Positions 48,128-57,822 of a DNA stretch of 64,000 nt are shown here, in pieces (the stretch's first letter is position 1; each line of letters opens with the position of its first letter). Location: assembly GCA_965204755.1 (NCBI GenBank), contig OZ242011.1:1664001-1728000 (forward strand). Reading direction: 5' to 3'. Origin of the DNA: Candidatus Marinacidobacterium sp. Its GTDB lineage: Bacteria > Acidobacteriota > Vicinamibacteria > Marinacidobacterales > Marinacidobacteraceae. The notes beneath the pieces were generated by a model. It did not search any database, was not told the DNA's origin, and saw only the letters and a list, made by a program, of their open reading frames with translations. The position numbers were made by a program, and so were the translations under genes.

Positions 48128-50995
48128 ATGCGCAAAGTGGCCTTCGTGCTCTTCGCGGCGTTGCTTGCCGCCGCGCCGCTGTTCGCCCAGACCCAGACCG
48201 GAACCATTACCGGAACGGCGACCGACGAACAGGGCGCCGTCATTCCGGGCGTCACCGTCACCGTCGACAGCGACTCGTTGATCGCTCCCCGCTCGACCAC
48301 GACCGGAAGCGGCGGCTCTTACAGCCATCCGGCGCTTCCTCCGGGCGACTACACGGTCACCTTCGCGCTCTCCGGCTTCCAGACCGTGATTCAGGAAGGC
48401 GTCCGCGTCAGTGTGGCGCGCACCCTGACGGTCAACGGCGAAATGGGCCTCTCCGGAGTCGAAGAGACCGTCACCGTGACCGGGGAGGCTCCGGTGGTGG
48501 ATGTGCGGAGCGCCACCGTTCAGACCAACATCGAACAGGAACTGCTGGATGCGGTCCCGACGGGTCGGAACCCGTGGGTGATGGCCGGGCTGGTGCCGGG
48601 AATGGTTACCACGAGAGTGGATGTCGGCGGCAGTAACGGCATGCAGCAGTACGGCATGGAGATCTTCGGATCTTCCGCCACCATGCAGACCTTCAGCGTT
48701 GACGGGTTGAAGGTGAACTGGCCGGGAGGCACCGGCGGATGGACGATGCAGTACTACGGCTTCTCGATGTACGAGGAATTCAACTTCCAGACCTCGACCC
48801 ACACGGCGGAATCGGACACCGGCGGCGTGTTCATGAACATGGTCGTGAAGTCCGGCGGTAACGACTTCAGCGGCGATGTCGTCGGCCTCTACAACGCGAC
48901 GGGACTCCAAGGTGAAGCGGGCGAGTTGGCTTCGGCGCCGATTACCAGGGGCATAGATGTGAACGGCACTCTCGGAGGGCCGATCGTCCGGGACCAGGCT
49001 TGGTTCTTCGGCGCTTACCGGTACTGGGTGCACGATCAGGAAGTCACCGTCCCGGACGACTTCGTCGGTACGAAGCCGGTGGACGACAATCGCATCCGCA
49101 ACGCCAGCGCCAAGATCACCTGGCAGCCGACGGACAACGATCGGCTGTTCGTGATGTATCAGCGGAACTGGAAGCAGCGCTTCCACCGGCGAGACGGCTT
49201 CCGTTCGGCGGTCGCAGACGAACTGGCGCGTTTCCAGGATCAATGGGCCGACAACATGGTCGCCTCGTACAATCGGGTCCTCGGGGACGACGCGCTCCTG
49301 GACATTCGTTTCGGTCGAATGTGGGGCGTCACTCCGTACATCCTCTATGCCGAGTACTGCGGGATCCCCGTTGACGAGTACCCCGATGCGCGACCCTGCA
49401 CGGAAAACGACATTTCCGTACGAGATACGGTTCGCCGCGAACTGTTCAACGCCGACGACCGGGGTGAGTCTTGGGGCCCGGTCCATCGCAACCAGTTCAA
49501 CGGCTCGCTGACTTACTTCCTCGACACCGGTGCGGGCTCCCACAATTTCAAGGTCGGTGCGCAGGCGTCGCGGGAATTCATCGAGAGCCGGCAGTTCAAG
49601 AACGGGGACGCGTTCGGCGAACTCAGTGATGGAGTGCCGACCCGGATCAACATCTCGAGGACACCGAAGACATCGCACGAACGGCTCAACACTTGGGCGG
49701 CCTATGTGCAGGACGCTTGGACGATCGGAAACCGCTTCACTCTGAATCTTGGCCTGCGTCTCGACGGCGCCTACGGATATGTGCCGGTGCAGAGCAGTCC
49801 GCCCGGTACCTGGGCCGCGGTGTCGGAGCAGTTGAGTGATGTCATGTTCGATGTCACCTCGGAGATCGGTGGCCTTCCGGATTGGCCGATGAATCTGGGA
49901 CCGCGTCTCAGTTTCTCCTTCGACTTGCTCGGCGACGGGCGCCACGCCCTGAAGGGCGGCTGGGGCCGTTACTACACTCAGATGGGGAACGGACTGTCCT
50001 CGAACGCGAACCCCAACGCGGGCGCCAACGCTTGGGTCGGCTGGAACGATGTGGACGGCGACCGGCTCGTGGACATCGGGCCGTCCGGGACACTCGTCGA
50101 CAGCCCCGAAGTCGTGCTCAGCGAGTTCCAAGGCTTCACCGGCGGTGCGAGCACGGTGTACGACTCCGATTCGACCCGCCCTTACAGCGACGACATCTCA
50201 CTCGGTATCGACATGACCTTGGGCAATGACATTTCGTTCAGCGCGACCTACCACCGTCGCATGCATCGAAATTCACTGGGTTTGGTGAACCGCGCCCGCC
50301 CATCCTCCGCGTACGATTCCGTCGAGGCCGCGTGTGAGACGGAAGGCTGTCCACAGCCTACCTACACTGTTTACAGCCTCCAAGAGGATTTCCGCACGGC
50401 GCAAGACAATGTGATTACGAATGTAGAGGCGCTGAGGAGCAACTACAACGGAGTCGCCATACAGATCCAGAAGCGCTTCTCGAATCGCTGGCAACTCTTG
50501 GGTGGCGCGACTTTCTCCAGCCACAAGGGGGTTCCCCACAGCCTGCCGTGGGACGGCAACGATTGGAACAACCCGAACCGGTTGATCAACCGTGACAACG
50601 GCTCCGTCCTGACCGATCTTCCTTGGGTGGCGAACTTCGCCGGGAGTTATCTCGCCCCTTGGGACATCCAGTTCGGTTTCAACTATCGCGGACGCGCAGG
50701 AAACCCTCTGGTGGCGACAGTGCCGGTAACGGGTTTGGGTCAAGGCAGCGAGAGCATCTACGCCTATCAGCGAGGCGAAGAGCGCACCGAGGCGCTCACT
50801 CAACTCTTGGATTTCAATGTCCGGAAGGGTGTCGACATCGGGGACGCGCGGTTTGAACTCGGTGTTGACTTGGCCAACATCTTCAATACACAACCTGCCA
50901 TCGCTTTGAACACGAGTCTCGGTTCACGGTATCTCACGCCCACCAATGTCTTGACGCCGCGGGTAGTCCGCTTCACCGCGAAGTTGTTGTTCTAG
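48128..50995 (+). CDS. TonB-dependent receptor with carboxypeptidase-regulatory-like N-terminal domain
   Basis: AAGGAGG RBS; signal peptide; GTITGTATDEQGAVIPGVTVTV; YVQDAW..GNRFTLNLGLRLD; C-terminal F. Confidence 0.92.
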   Translation: MRKVAFVLFAALLAAAPLFAQTQTGTITGTATDEQGAVIPGVTVTVDSDSLIAPRSTTTGSGGSYSHPALPPGDYTVTFALSGFQTVIQEGVRVSVARTLTVNGEMGLSGVEETVTVTGEAPVVDVRSATVQTNIEQELLDAVPTGRNPWVMAGLVPGMVTTRVDVGGSNGMQQYGMEIFGSSATMQTFSVDGLKVNWPGGTGGWTMQYYGFSMYEEFNFQTSTHTAESDTGGVFMNMVVKSGGNDFSGDVVGLYNATGLQGEAGELASAPITRGIDVNGTLGGPIVRDQAWFFGAYRYWVHDQEVTVPDDFVGTKPVDDNRIRNASAKITWQPTDNDRLFVMYQRNWKQRFHRRDGFRSAVADELARFQDQWADNMVASYNRVLGDDALLDIRFGRMWGVTPYILYAEYCGIPVDEYPDARPCTENDISVRDTVRRELFNADDRGESWGPVHRNQFNGSLTYFLDTGAGSHNFKVGAQASREFIESRQFKNGDAFGELSDGVPTRINISRTPKTSHERLNTWAAYVQDAWTIGNRFTLNLGLRLDGAYGYVPVQSSPPGTWAAVSEQLSDVMFDVTSEIGGLPDWPMNLGPRLSFSFDLLGDGRHALKGGWGRYYTQMGNGLSSNANPNAGANAWVGWNDVDGDRLVDIGPSGTLVDSPEVVLSEFQGFTGGASTVYDSDSTRPYSDDISLGIDMTLGNDISFSATYHRRMHRNSLGLVNRARPSSAYDSVEAACETEGCPQPTYTVYSLQEDFRTAQDNVITNVEALRSNYNGVAIQIQKRFSNRWQLLGGATFSSHKGVPHSLPWDGNDWNNPNRLINRDNGSVLTDLPWVANFAGSYLAPWDIQFGFNYRGRAGNPLVATVPVTGLGQGSESIYAYQRGEERTEALTQLLDFNVRKGVDIGDARFELGVDLANIFNTQPAIALNTSLGSRYLTPTNVLTPRVVRFTAKLLF

Positions 50996-51068
50996 GAGGA
51001 CTGCTCTGTCGGGTCTGTTCAGCCGCCCTCCGCCGTCTGGAGCACGGCGGGGGGCGCACGGAGGAAAC

Positions 51069-51560
51069 ATGAGCACCAGCGCGTCGCTCACGGAGAGTCT
51101 TCGGGGTCTCATTGCCGTCACGCTTGTAGGTCTCCTGTCCGTCGCGCCGGTGATGGCGCAGGATGTCGTCTGCCCTCCCGGAACCAGACAGAAGGCGCCG
51201 GGTGTGGCCCAATGTGTCGATACATCGACACCGGATGGGAATTCACGGACGAATATGGCCGGATGGCTGCTGGGGATCGGCGGTGCTGTCGCTGTCGTGG
51301 CGTTGGTTCTTCATTTCCGGGATCGCGGATCATCGAACCCGAAGCCGCAGGTTATTCCGCGGCCGGACCATTGGCCACTTCCGACCGACTTGAACGATCT
51401 CGATGGGCACGCGCGCGAAGCGTGGATGCCGCGCTCAGCGCCGGGATCGGCGATGTCGGAGCCGGAACGGGAAGAACCGGTCTTCGGCGTCTGCGATGGT
51501 TCGTCGGATTCCGATGGGAGTCGGCGATCGTTCACGGAAGAGGGCGGCTGTCTCCGATAA
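51069..51560 (+). CDS. Hypothetical exported/membrane protein
   Basis: GGAGG RBS; signal peptide; short Cys-pair domain; one TM helix. Confidence 0.5.
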   Translation: MSTSASLTESLRGLIAVTLVGLLSVAPVMAQDVVCPPGTRQKAPGVAQCVDTSTPDGNSRTNMAGWLLGIGGAVAVVALVLHFRDRGSSNPKPQVIPRPDHWPLPTDLNDLDGHAREAWMPRSAPGSAMSEPEREEPVFGVCDGSSDSDGSRRSFTEEGGCLR

Positions 51561-51567
51561 GCGTCGT

Positions 51568-51972
51568 ATGGTTGAGGATACGACCCCGGAGGAGGCGGGG
51601 CGAAACGCCGATGAGTTGGCGGAGGAGGGCTTCATCGTGGCGCTTACGACCGCCCCCGATGGACGGGTCGCGCGGCGGATGGCGCAGACTGTGGTGGAGG
51701 AGCGGCTCGCGGCCTGCGTCAACATCGTCGGGCCCATGAAGTCGGTGTACCGGTGGAAGGGCGGAGTGGAACAGGTCGCGGAGCACCTGCTCGTCATGAA
51801 GACCACCGTGGACTGCACTCCCGCGCTTGGAGCGCGGATCGAGGAGTTGCACCCCTATGAAACGCCGGAGTTCCTTTCGCTTCCGGCGGTGGGCGGTGTG
51901 CGGGCCTACCTCGAGTGGATCGTGAACTCCGTCGAGCCGCCTTCGGCGCCGGACGGAGACAAGAGCGACTGA
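51568..51972 (+). CDS. cutA: Divalent-cation tolerance protein CutA
   Basis: EERLAACVNI, SVYRWKG, HPYETPE, YLEW. Confidence 0.93.
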   Translation: MVEDTTPEEAGRNADELAEEGFIVALTTAPDGRVARRMAQTVVEERLAACVNIVGPMKSVYRWKGGVEQVAEHLLVMKTTVDCTPALGARIEELHPYETPEFLSLPAVGGVRAYLEWIVNSVEPPSAPDGDKSD

Positions 51973-52085
51973 CGGCCCCGGACGGGGATCTTCCCGTCGG
52001 GGTCGTGCCTCCCGCCCCGGCGGGGACCGGCCGAGGCAGCCGGATGAGCCCGGCCGCCCAAGGCGCAGCGACCGGGCCCGGCCCG

Positions 52086-52477
52086 TCAGGTCTCCCGCAA
52101 CTCCCGCAGCCGTTTCGCCGGGTCGGTGAACACGATGGCGCGGGGGTCGAAGCGCGCCGGGTCGTAGTCGCGGAAGTACTCGCAGGCCTCCCGGTCGTGC
52201 ATCAGGGCTGACTCCTCGAAGTACCCGGAGAGGAACGCGACGAGCGACTCGCAGCCGCTGACGCCGCCGATGTCCTCCGGCCGGCAGGCGCACCGGCCGC
52301 CGAGACACGCGGACGCGCCGATTCCTTCGGGACGGCTCTCTTTCGCTTCGGGCACCATCTGGACGGCGCAGTGGAGAGCCCGGAAGGTCGAGTCGTCGAG
52401 GCCTCGATCCGCCGCCAGATCGGCGGCCGAATCCCCAAGAGCGTGATCTGGAAACGGAGCGCGGTCGTCGAAGTCAT
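52086..52477 (-). pseudogene. pRiA4b ORF-3 family pseudogene
   Basis: LRFQITLLGIRPPIWRRIE, then frameshift near 52400, large internal deletion, ACRPEDIGG and YDPARFDP. Confidence 0.8.
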
Positions 52478-52525
52478 AGGGGCGCGGGAAGGGAAGGTGG
52501 GGGAGAGTCGGCGATGCCCGCCGGC

Positions 52526-53185
52526 TCAGTGCTCGCGGGCTTGGACCTCCATTTCCTTGAGGAGCCCCTCCAGCCGGGACTTCGGGTCATCGAAGAAAAC
52601 GAGACGGCGGTCGAAGTAGGCCGGGTCGTAGTCGTGGTATTCCTCGTAGAAGCCGGTCGCGCGAAGCGACTCCGATTCGTCGCGGTCGCCGGAGAGTGCC
52701 CGGCAGAGGTCGTAGTAGCCGCGGAGGCCGCAGCAATCCGTCGGCGGCGCGGCGCGCCGGCCTCCGAGGCACACCGGCTCGGTGATTCCGGCGGGCCGCT
52801 TCTCGGCGCTTTCGAAGACCACGAGGTGATCCCGGTCCTCGCCGAAGTCGAACTGCTCCGCCAGTCGCGTGTAGCGCATACGGTCGCCGGGAGATCGGAG
52901 GTAGCGGGACAGCCGCGCTCTCCAACTCGACCGGACGGAGGGCGCCGGATCCTCGTCCGTGAATCCGATGACCTCGCGGTCGTCCCACGGGGGTTCGCCG
53001 CCGCGCCCCTTCGGCAGGGGCACGAACAGGTGGTGGTCGCCGAAGTCCCACTCGAAGGCGTCTTCGATGAAGCAATGGAGGTCCCGGAAGGTCGAGTTGC
53101 CGGGCACTTCGATCCGCCGCCACGCGGGCGGACGGATCCCGGCGATCGTGATCTCGAAACGGAGCGCGGACTTCGAGGTCTTCAC
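52526..53185 (-). CDS. pRiA4b ORF-3 family protein (divergent copy)
   Basis: GTG 53185; GIRPPAWRRIEVP, FDFGED, CLGGRRAAPPTDCCG. Confidence 0.8.
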   Translation of the reverse strand: MKTSKSALRFEITIAGIRPPAWRRIEVPGNSTFRDLHCFIEDAFEWDFGDHHLFVPLPKGRGGEPPWDDREVIGFTDEDPAPSVRSSWRARLSRYLRSPGDRMRYTRLAEQFDFGEDRDHLVVFESAEKRPAGITEPVCLGGRRAAPPTDCCGLRGYYDLCRALSGDRDESESLRATGFYEEYHDYDPAYFDRRLVFFDDPKSRLEGLLKEMEVQAREH

Positions 53186-53196
53186 GGTCGAGTCGG

Positions 53197-54328
53197 TTAC
53201 GACGAACCGGGGTCGTCGGGCGGGGCGATGTAGTCCATGAGGCTCGGAATCCCGGGTTCCCATTCCCGGCTGCCGCCTTCGCGCCAGATGAAGCCGAGGT
53301 GGCGGAGCGCCGTCCGGGCGGCGCCCACCGCTTCGTCGTCCGCCGACGCCGGCAGCGCTCCCCGAACGGCGCGCTCCAGGCCTTCGGCGTCGAGGCGAGG
53401 CCGCTCCCGCAGCGCCTTCGCCACCGCCTGCGCGGCCGGCAGCAGGCGCCCGTCCATCCAGTTCCTGCAATCGGTCCGCGTAGTAGTCGTCCCGTTGGCG
53501 TTCGAAGTCCGCCTGCGCCGCCTCCACATCGGAGAGGGTGACGGTCGAGCGCCGGTTCGAGGCGTTCCGGACGCGTTTCCAGACCTCCCTCCCCCACAAC
53601 TGGATGAAGTACGGGTAGCCGTGGCTTTCGCGAACCAAGTGGTCCAGCGCCTCCTCGGTGACCGAGATTCCTTCCGCGCGGAGCGGTTCCCGGAGCGCCG
53701 CCGCCGTCTGCGAGGCGTCGAGCCGCCCGATCGCCCTCTTCTCGGCGCGGTTCCAGAAACCGGCGCCCAGAGTGTGCAGGCGGGCGGGCAGATCCGGCGT
53801 GCCCGCCAGCACCAGGAGGAACGGGAGTTCCGCGCCGACTTGCTGGGCGCAGTTCAGCAACTCGCGGCCGACCTGGCGGTCCAGCGTATGGGCTTCGTCC
53901 ATCAGCAGCGCCAGCGGCTTCCGTCGAACCCGTCGGGAGATCTGTTCGCCAAGCGAAGGCGGTCCTGCGGTTTGCGATCTCCGGCGCGCATCCCTCACCG
54001 GCGGAGAACCGGGGACGAGCCGGTTCCACCATCGGCGTGGGCGAAGAACCCGCGCACAGTCATTCCGATCGCGGAACCGTGAGGGCGTGACGCGCACGAC
54101 ATCCACGCGCGGCCGCGACGCGGCCTCCTCCTGCACCCAGGCGAGCAAGGCCGTCTTCCCGTTCCCGCGCGGGCCGTAGAGGATGACTTCCCGCGGCGGC
54201 GGTCTCCGCTCCTCGAGATCGCTCAGGAGCCGCCGAAATACGGACTGCTCGGTTTCGCGCCCCGCGAGATAGGGCGGCAGTCGGCCCGGCGCCGGTCGAA
54301 ACGGACTGCGAAGAGTCTCGACGGCCAT
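53197..54328 (-). pseudogene. AAA_16-type ATPase (paralog B) with +1 frameshift
   Basis: GPRGNGKT, LMDEAH; one extra base in the CCC run at 53449-53451 moves the C-terminus (LLPAAQ...WEPGIPSLMDYI) to another frame; may be a sequencing error. Confidence 0.75.
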
Positions 54329-54334
54329 GCGGCG

Positions 54335-54340
54335 AGTATA
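54335..54340 (-). promoter_or_regulatory. -10 box TATACT, leaderless-type
   Basis: 6 nt upstream of ATG 54328; no SD. Confidence 0.5.
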
Positions 54341-54439
54341 GGGATTTCGCCCGGGAGCGGGACCGGATTCGCGCGTCCGGGCGAGCCCGCGAGCCCGCGC
54401 CGCAGGCCCTCTCCGAGGCGCTTCCGGCCCGGCAGCCGG

Positions 54440-55525
54440 CTACTGCGATCGGTCCCCGTCCGGAGCGGCGATGTAGTCCATGAGGCTCGGAATCCCGGGT
54501 TCCCAGTCCCGGCCCCTCTCTCGCCAGATGAAGCCGAGGTGGCGCAGCGCCTGGAGGGCGGCGTCTGCGGCCTCATCGGACTTCCGGTTCGGCAGCGCCT
54601 CCCGAACGATCTCTTCGAGGATTTCGGCGCCCAAGCATTCGCGGTCTCGAAACGCCCGCGCCACCGCACGGGCTTCCGGGAGCAGATCACCGTCTTCGAG
54701 TTCCCGAAATCGGTCCAGGAAGTAGAGGTTCTTACGACGGTCGAAATTCCTCCGGGCCTTCTGGACATCGGCCATCGTGACCTTCGCCGGCGGTTCGGAG
54801 GATGAGGCGCGGATCGAGTTCCAGACTGCCTCGCCCCACAGTTGGATGAAGAACGGGTATCTGTCGCTCTCTCCGACCATGCGCGTCATCGCGTCGTCGG
54901 AGACGGCGGTTCCGTCGGCGGCGAACGGCCGTCGCAACGCCTGCTCGGCGTCCGCGGGCCGGAGTCGTCCGATGGGGAGAATCTCGGCGCGGTTCCAGAA
55001 ACTCGCCTGGAGGGTGTTCAGGCGCGTGCGGAGGTCCGGCGTGCCGGCCAAGACCAACAGGAACGGGAGTTCGGCGCCTACCTGCCGGCTGCAGTTCAGC
55101 AAGGCCCGGCCGGCTTTCCTGTCCAGAGTGTGGGCTTCATCCACCAGCAGCGCGAGAGGCCTCCGCTCGACTCGCCGCCGGACGATCTCCTTGAGTCGTG
55201 ACGACCCGGGGACGATCCTTCTCCACCATCGTCGTGGCCGGAGGAGACTGGCCAAATCTTCGCTACCGTGGAACTCCGACGGCGTGACCCGGAGGACTTC
55301 CACCCGGGTACCGGGCGCGGCCTCCCGCTCCACCCAAGCGAGCAGCGTCGTCTTTCCGTTCCCCCGCGGGCCGTAGAGCACGACCTCCCGTGGCGGCGGT
55401 CTCCGCTCCTCGAGTTCGGTCAGGAGCCGTCGAAACACGGACTGCTCGCGCCCCCTACCCGCCAGGTACGGTGGCGGGCGGCCCGGGCTGGGGCGGAACG
55501 GGCCGAACACGCCGTAGTCGGGCAT
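54440..55525 (-). CDS. AAA_16-type ATPase (paralog C)
   Basis: PPYLAGR, GPRGNGKT, LVDEAH, YPFFIQLWG, WEPGIPSLMDYI. Confidence 0.87.
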   Translation of the reverse strand: MPDYGVFGPFRPSPGRPPPYLAGRGREQSVFRRLLTELEERRPPPREVVLYGPRGNGKTTLLAWVEREAAPGTRVEVLRVTPSEFHGSEDLASLLRPRRWWRRIVPGSSRLKEIVRRRVERRPLALLVDEAHTLDRKAGRALLNCSRQVGAELPFLLVLAGTPDLRTRLNTLQASFWNRAEILPIGRLRPADAEQALRRPFAADGTAVSDDAMTRMVGESDRYPFFIQLWGEAVWNSIRASSSEPPAKVTMADVQKARRNFDRRKNLYFLDRFRELEDGDLLPEARAVARAFRDRECLGAEILEEIVREALPNRKSDEAADAALQALRHLGFIWRERGRDWEPGIPSLMDYIAAPDGDRSQ

Positions 55526-55534
55526 CGTCCCCGG

Positions 55535-55540
55535 AGTATA
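55535..55540 (-). promoter_or_regulatory. -10 box TATACT, leaderless-type
   Basis: 9 nt upstream of ATG 55525. Confidence 0.5.
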
Positions 55541-55614
55541 GAAAGGTCGCCGCCCTTACGCCGGGCGGCGCGACAGCCACCGGCCCGCCGGCCGAGACCG
55601 CCCGTCGCGCCCGT

Positions 55615-56238
55615 TCAGGGGCCGCCGGTCTCCAGGTGGAACTCCAGCCGAGGCGCCGGGTCGAAGAAGATGACCTCGTCGGGGTGGAAGGCGGCCGGGT
55701 CGTAGTCGGCGAACTCCTCGTAGAACTCCGGGTCGCGCCAGCGCTCGGATTCGTCGGTCTTTCCGGCGAGCGCGTCCACCAGGTCGTAGTAGCCGGGCAC
55801 GCCGCCGCAGTCCTCCGGGGGGCAGGCGCGGCGTCCGCCGAGACAGACCGGCTTCTCGATTCCCTTCGGGCGCTTCTCGATGGCTTCGAGCACGACGCGG
55901 TGGAACCAGTCGTCCCCGAAGTCGTAGATGTAGAGCGCGCGGTCGCCGACTTCGTCGAGGTGGTGCGTGACCTTCGTCTTCCATCCGGGGAGGACCGTCT
56001 TGGACCCGTGGGGATCCGGGACGCCGATCGAGAGCCCGTCCCGGTCGTAGGCGTAGCGCGGGTCGTACACGCCCGGACGGAAATCGTGGAAGTGGGTTCC
56101 CTCCCATCCCATGGCGTCCTGGATCGCGCAGTGGAGTTCCCAGAAGTTGGCGTTCCCGGGGATCTCGATGCGGCGCCAGACCAGCGGGCGGATGCCGACC
56201 AGCGTGATGCGGAAGCGCAGAGCGGTTCTCGAGGCCAT
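55615..56238 (-). CDS. pRiA4b ORF-3 family protein (intact)
   Basis: WRRIEIP, LHCAIQDAMGW..THFHDF, YIYDFGDDWFH, ACPPEDCGG. Confidence 0.9.
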   Translation of the reverse strand: MASRTALRFRITLVGIRPLVWRRIEIPGNANFWELHCAIQDAMGWEGTHFHDFRPGVYDPRYAYDRDGLSIGVPDPHGSKTVLPGWKTKVTHHLDEVGDRALYIYDFGDDWFHRVVLEAIEKRPKGIEKPVCLGGRRACPPEDCGGVPGYYDLVDALAGKTDESERWRDPEFYEEFADYDPAAFHPDEVIFFDPAPRLEFHLETGGP

Positions 56239-56277
56239 GTCGCCGACCTTTCGGAATGCGGGGATCGTCGAGAACGC

Positions 56278-57822
56278 TTACTCGGCGCCGAGCGCGACGA
56301 TCGGGTCGAAGCGGGCGGCGCGGCGGGCCGGGCTGACCCCGGCGGCGATTCCTACGGCCAGGGCGACCGCGAAGGCGATGGCGGCCGCGCCGAAGGAGAC
56401 TTCGACCCGGAGTCCGAACCCGGCCTCGACCGCGAACGCCGCGGCAATTCCCAGGACGACGCCGATCACGCCGCCGCCGGCGCCGAGCGCGACCGACTCG
56501 GTGAGGAACTGGTTCCCCACATCGGCGGTGCGGGCGCCCACCGCCATCCGCAGCCCGATCTCGCGGAACCGCTCCTTGACCGCGAGCAGCATCACATTGG
56601 AAATGCCGATCGCGCCCACCACCAGCGAAACCAGCGCGATGGCGAGCAGGAGCGCCGACATCGTCCGGCTCGACCGCTCCAGGGTCGCCGCCAACTGGCG
56701 CAGCGTCGTCCGCTCCAGGTTGGGGATGTTTCCGGCGAGCGTCGCCGCCACCTTGGGGTGGAGTCCGCGGGAGAGGACCTGCGAAGCCTGCGTCGAAACG
56801 GTGAAGTCGTCGGGTTGCGTGTCCGAGATGCCGTGGCGTTCGCGCAGCAGGTCGGTGATCCGGTTCGCCACTTCGGTGACCCGGCCGGAAGACGCGGCGG
56901 TAACCGTGATCGAGTTCAGGTTCGTCACATTGAGCAGCCGGTGGATCGTGGTGAACGGCGTATACACCGCGTCGAACTCGTCGTCGCCGGGCGCGCCGGG
57001 ATTCATCCAGTTCGTACTGGCGACGACTCCCACGACCTCGAAGACCTGGTTCCAGATCGTGATCTCCTCGCCCACCGGGTCAGACCCTTCGCCGAAGATG
57101 CGGTCGCGCACGATGCTGCCGAGGACGGCCACCCGGTCGCCGCGGCGGAGTTCCCGGGCGGAGAAGAACCGGCCGCTCGCCAAGGCGAACGATCGGCGGA
57201 TCTCCAGGAGTTCGCGCTCGGTGCCGTGGAGCCGCGTGAACCAGCGCCGCTCGCCGCTGTGGGCGCGGATGCTCTCGTGGACGCCGGAGGCGACCTGCGC
57301 GACGCCGGGGAGGGACGCGATCGCCCGGGCGTCGTCCTGGGTGAGCGTCGCCGCCGCGCCGAGGCCGGCTTCCGAATCACCCAGCCGTTCCGCCGCCGTC
57401 GGGTGGTCGTGTTTCTCCATCGGGTCGTTCTCGGGATGGGCCAGCGCGACCGGTTCGATCCGGTCCCGCAGCGTCTCCCAAAGCCCCGGCGCCGGGCGCG
57501 GCGTCAGCCGGCCGTGGCGGGCCGGCGCTTCGGTCCCCCCGAGCGGCCGTTCGCCCCGCGCCCGGTAGTTCCCGGCGCTGATCTCGATCACATTCAGGCC
57601 GGCGGCGCGCACCTGGCGGCCGATGGCGCTCTGGGCGCCCCGCCCCAGCGCGATGGTGGTCATCAGCGCCGCCACGCCGAAGGCGAGACCGGTCAGGGTC
57701 AGCCCGGTGCGCAGCGGGAAGCGCCGCAGGCTCTGGAGCGCGATCTCCGCGGCGGTCCGGTCCGCCGGGGGACGCAGCCGGGCGGCGACGGTCCGGCCCG
57801 CCGGGCGGTCAGGCGCCGGCAT
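56278..57822 (-). CDS. MacB/FtsX-type ABC transporter permease
   Basis: RTGLTLTG, SLVVGAIGISNVML, ERFREIGLRMAVGA, PARRAARFDPIVAL. Confidence 0.92.
   Translation of the reverse strand: MPAPDRPAGRTVAARLRPPADRTAAEIALQSLRRFPLRTGLTLTGLAFGVAALMTTIALGRGAQSAIGRQVRAAGLNVIEISAGNYRARGERPLGGTEAPARHGRLTPRPAPGLWETLRDRIEPVALAHPENDPMEKHDHPTAAERLGDSEAGLGAAATLTQDDARAIASLPGVAQVASGVHESIRAHSGERRWFTRLHGTERELLEIRRSFALASGRFFSARELRRGDRVAVLGSIVRDRIFGEGSDPVGEEITIWNQVFEVVGVVASTNWMNPGAPGDDEFDAVYTPFTTIHRLLNVTNLNSITVTAASSGRVTEVANRITDLLRERHGISDTQPDDFTVSTQASQVLSRGLHPKVAATLAGNIPNLERTTLRQLAATLERSSRTMSALLLAIALVSLVVGAIGISNVMLLAVKERFREIGLRMAVGARTADVGNQFLTESVALGAGGGVIGVVLGIAAAFAVEAGFGLRVEVSFGAAAIAFAVALAVGIAAGVSPARRAARFDPIVALGAE

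Noticed and set aside
46514-50131. 1205-aa minus-strand ORF as one giant protein
   Set aside because: Its N-terminal part is the antisense shadow of the TonB receptor; only the TPR part looks coding
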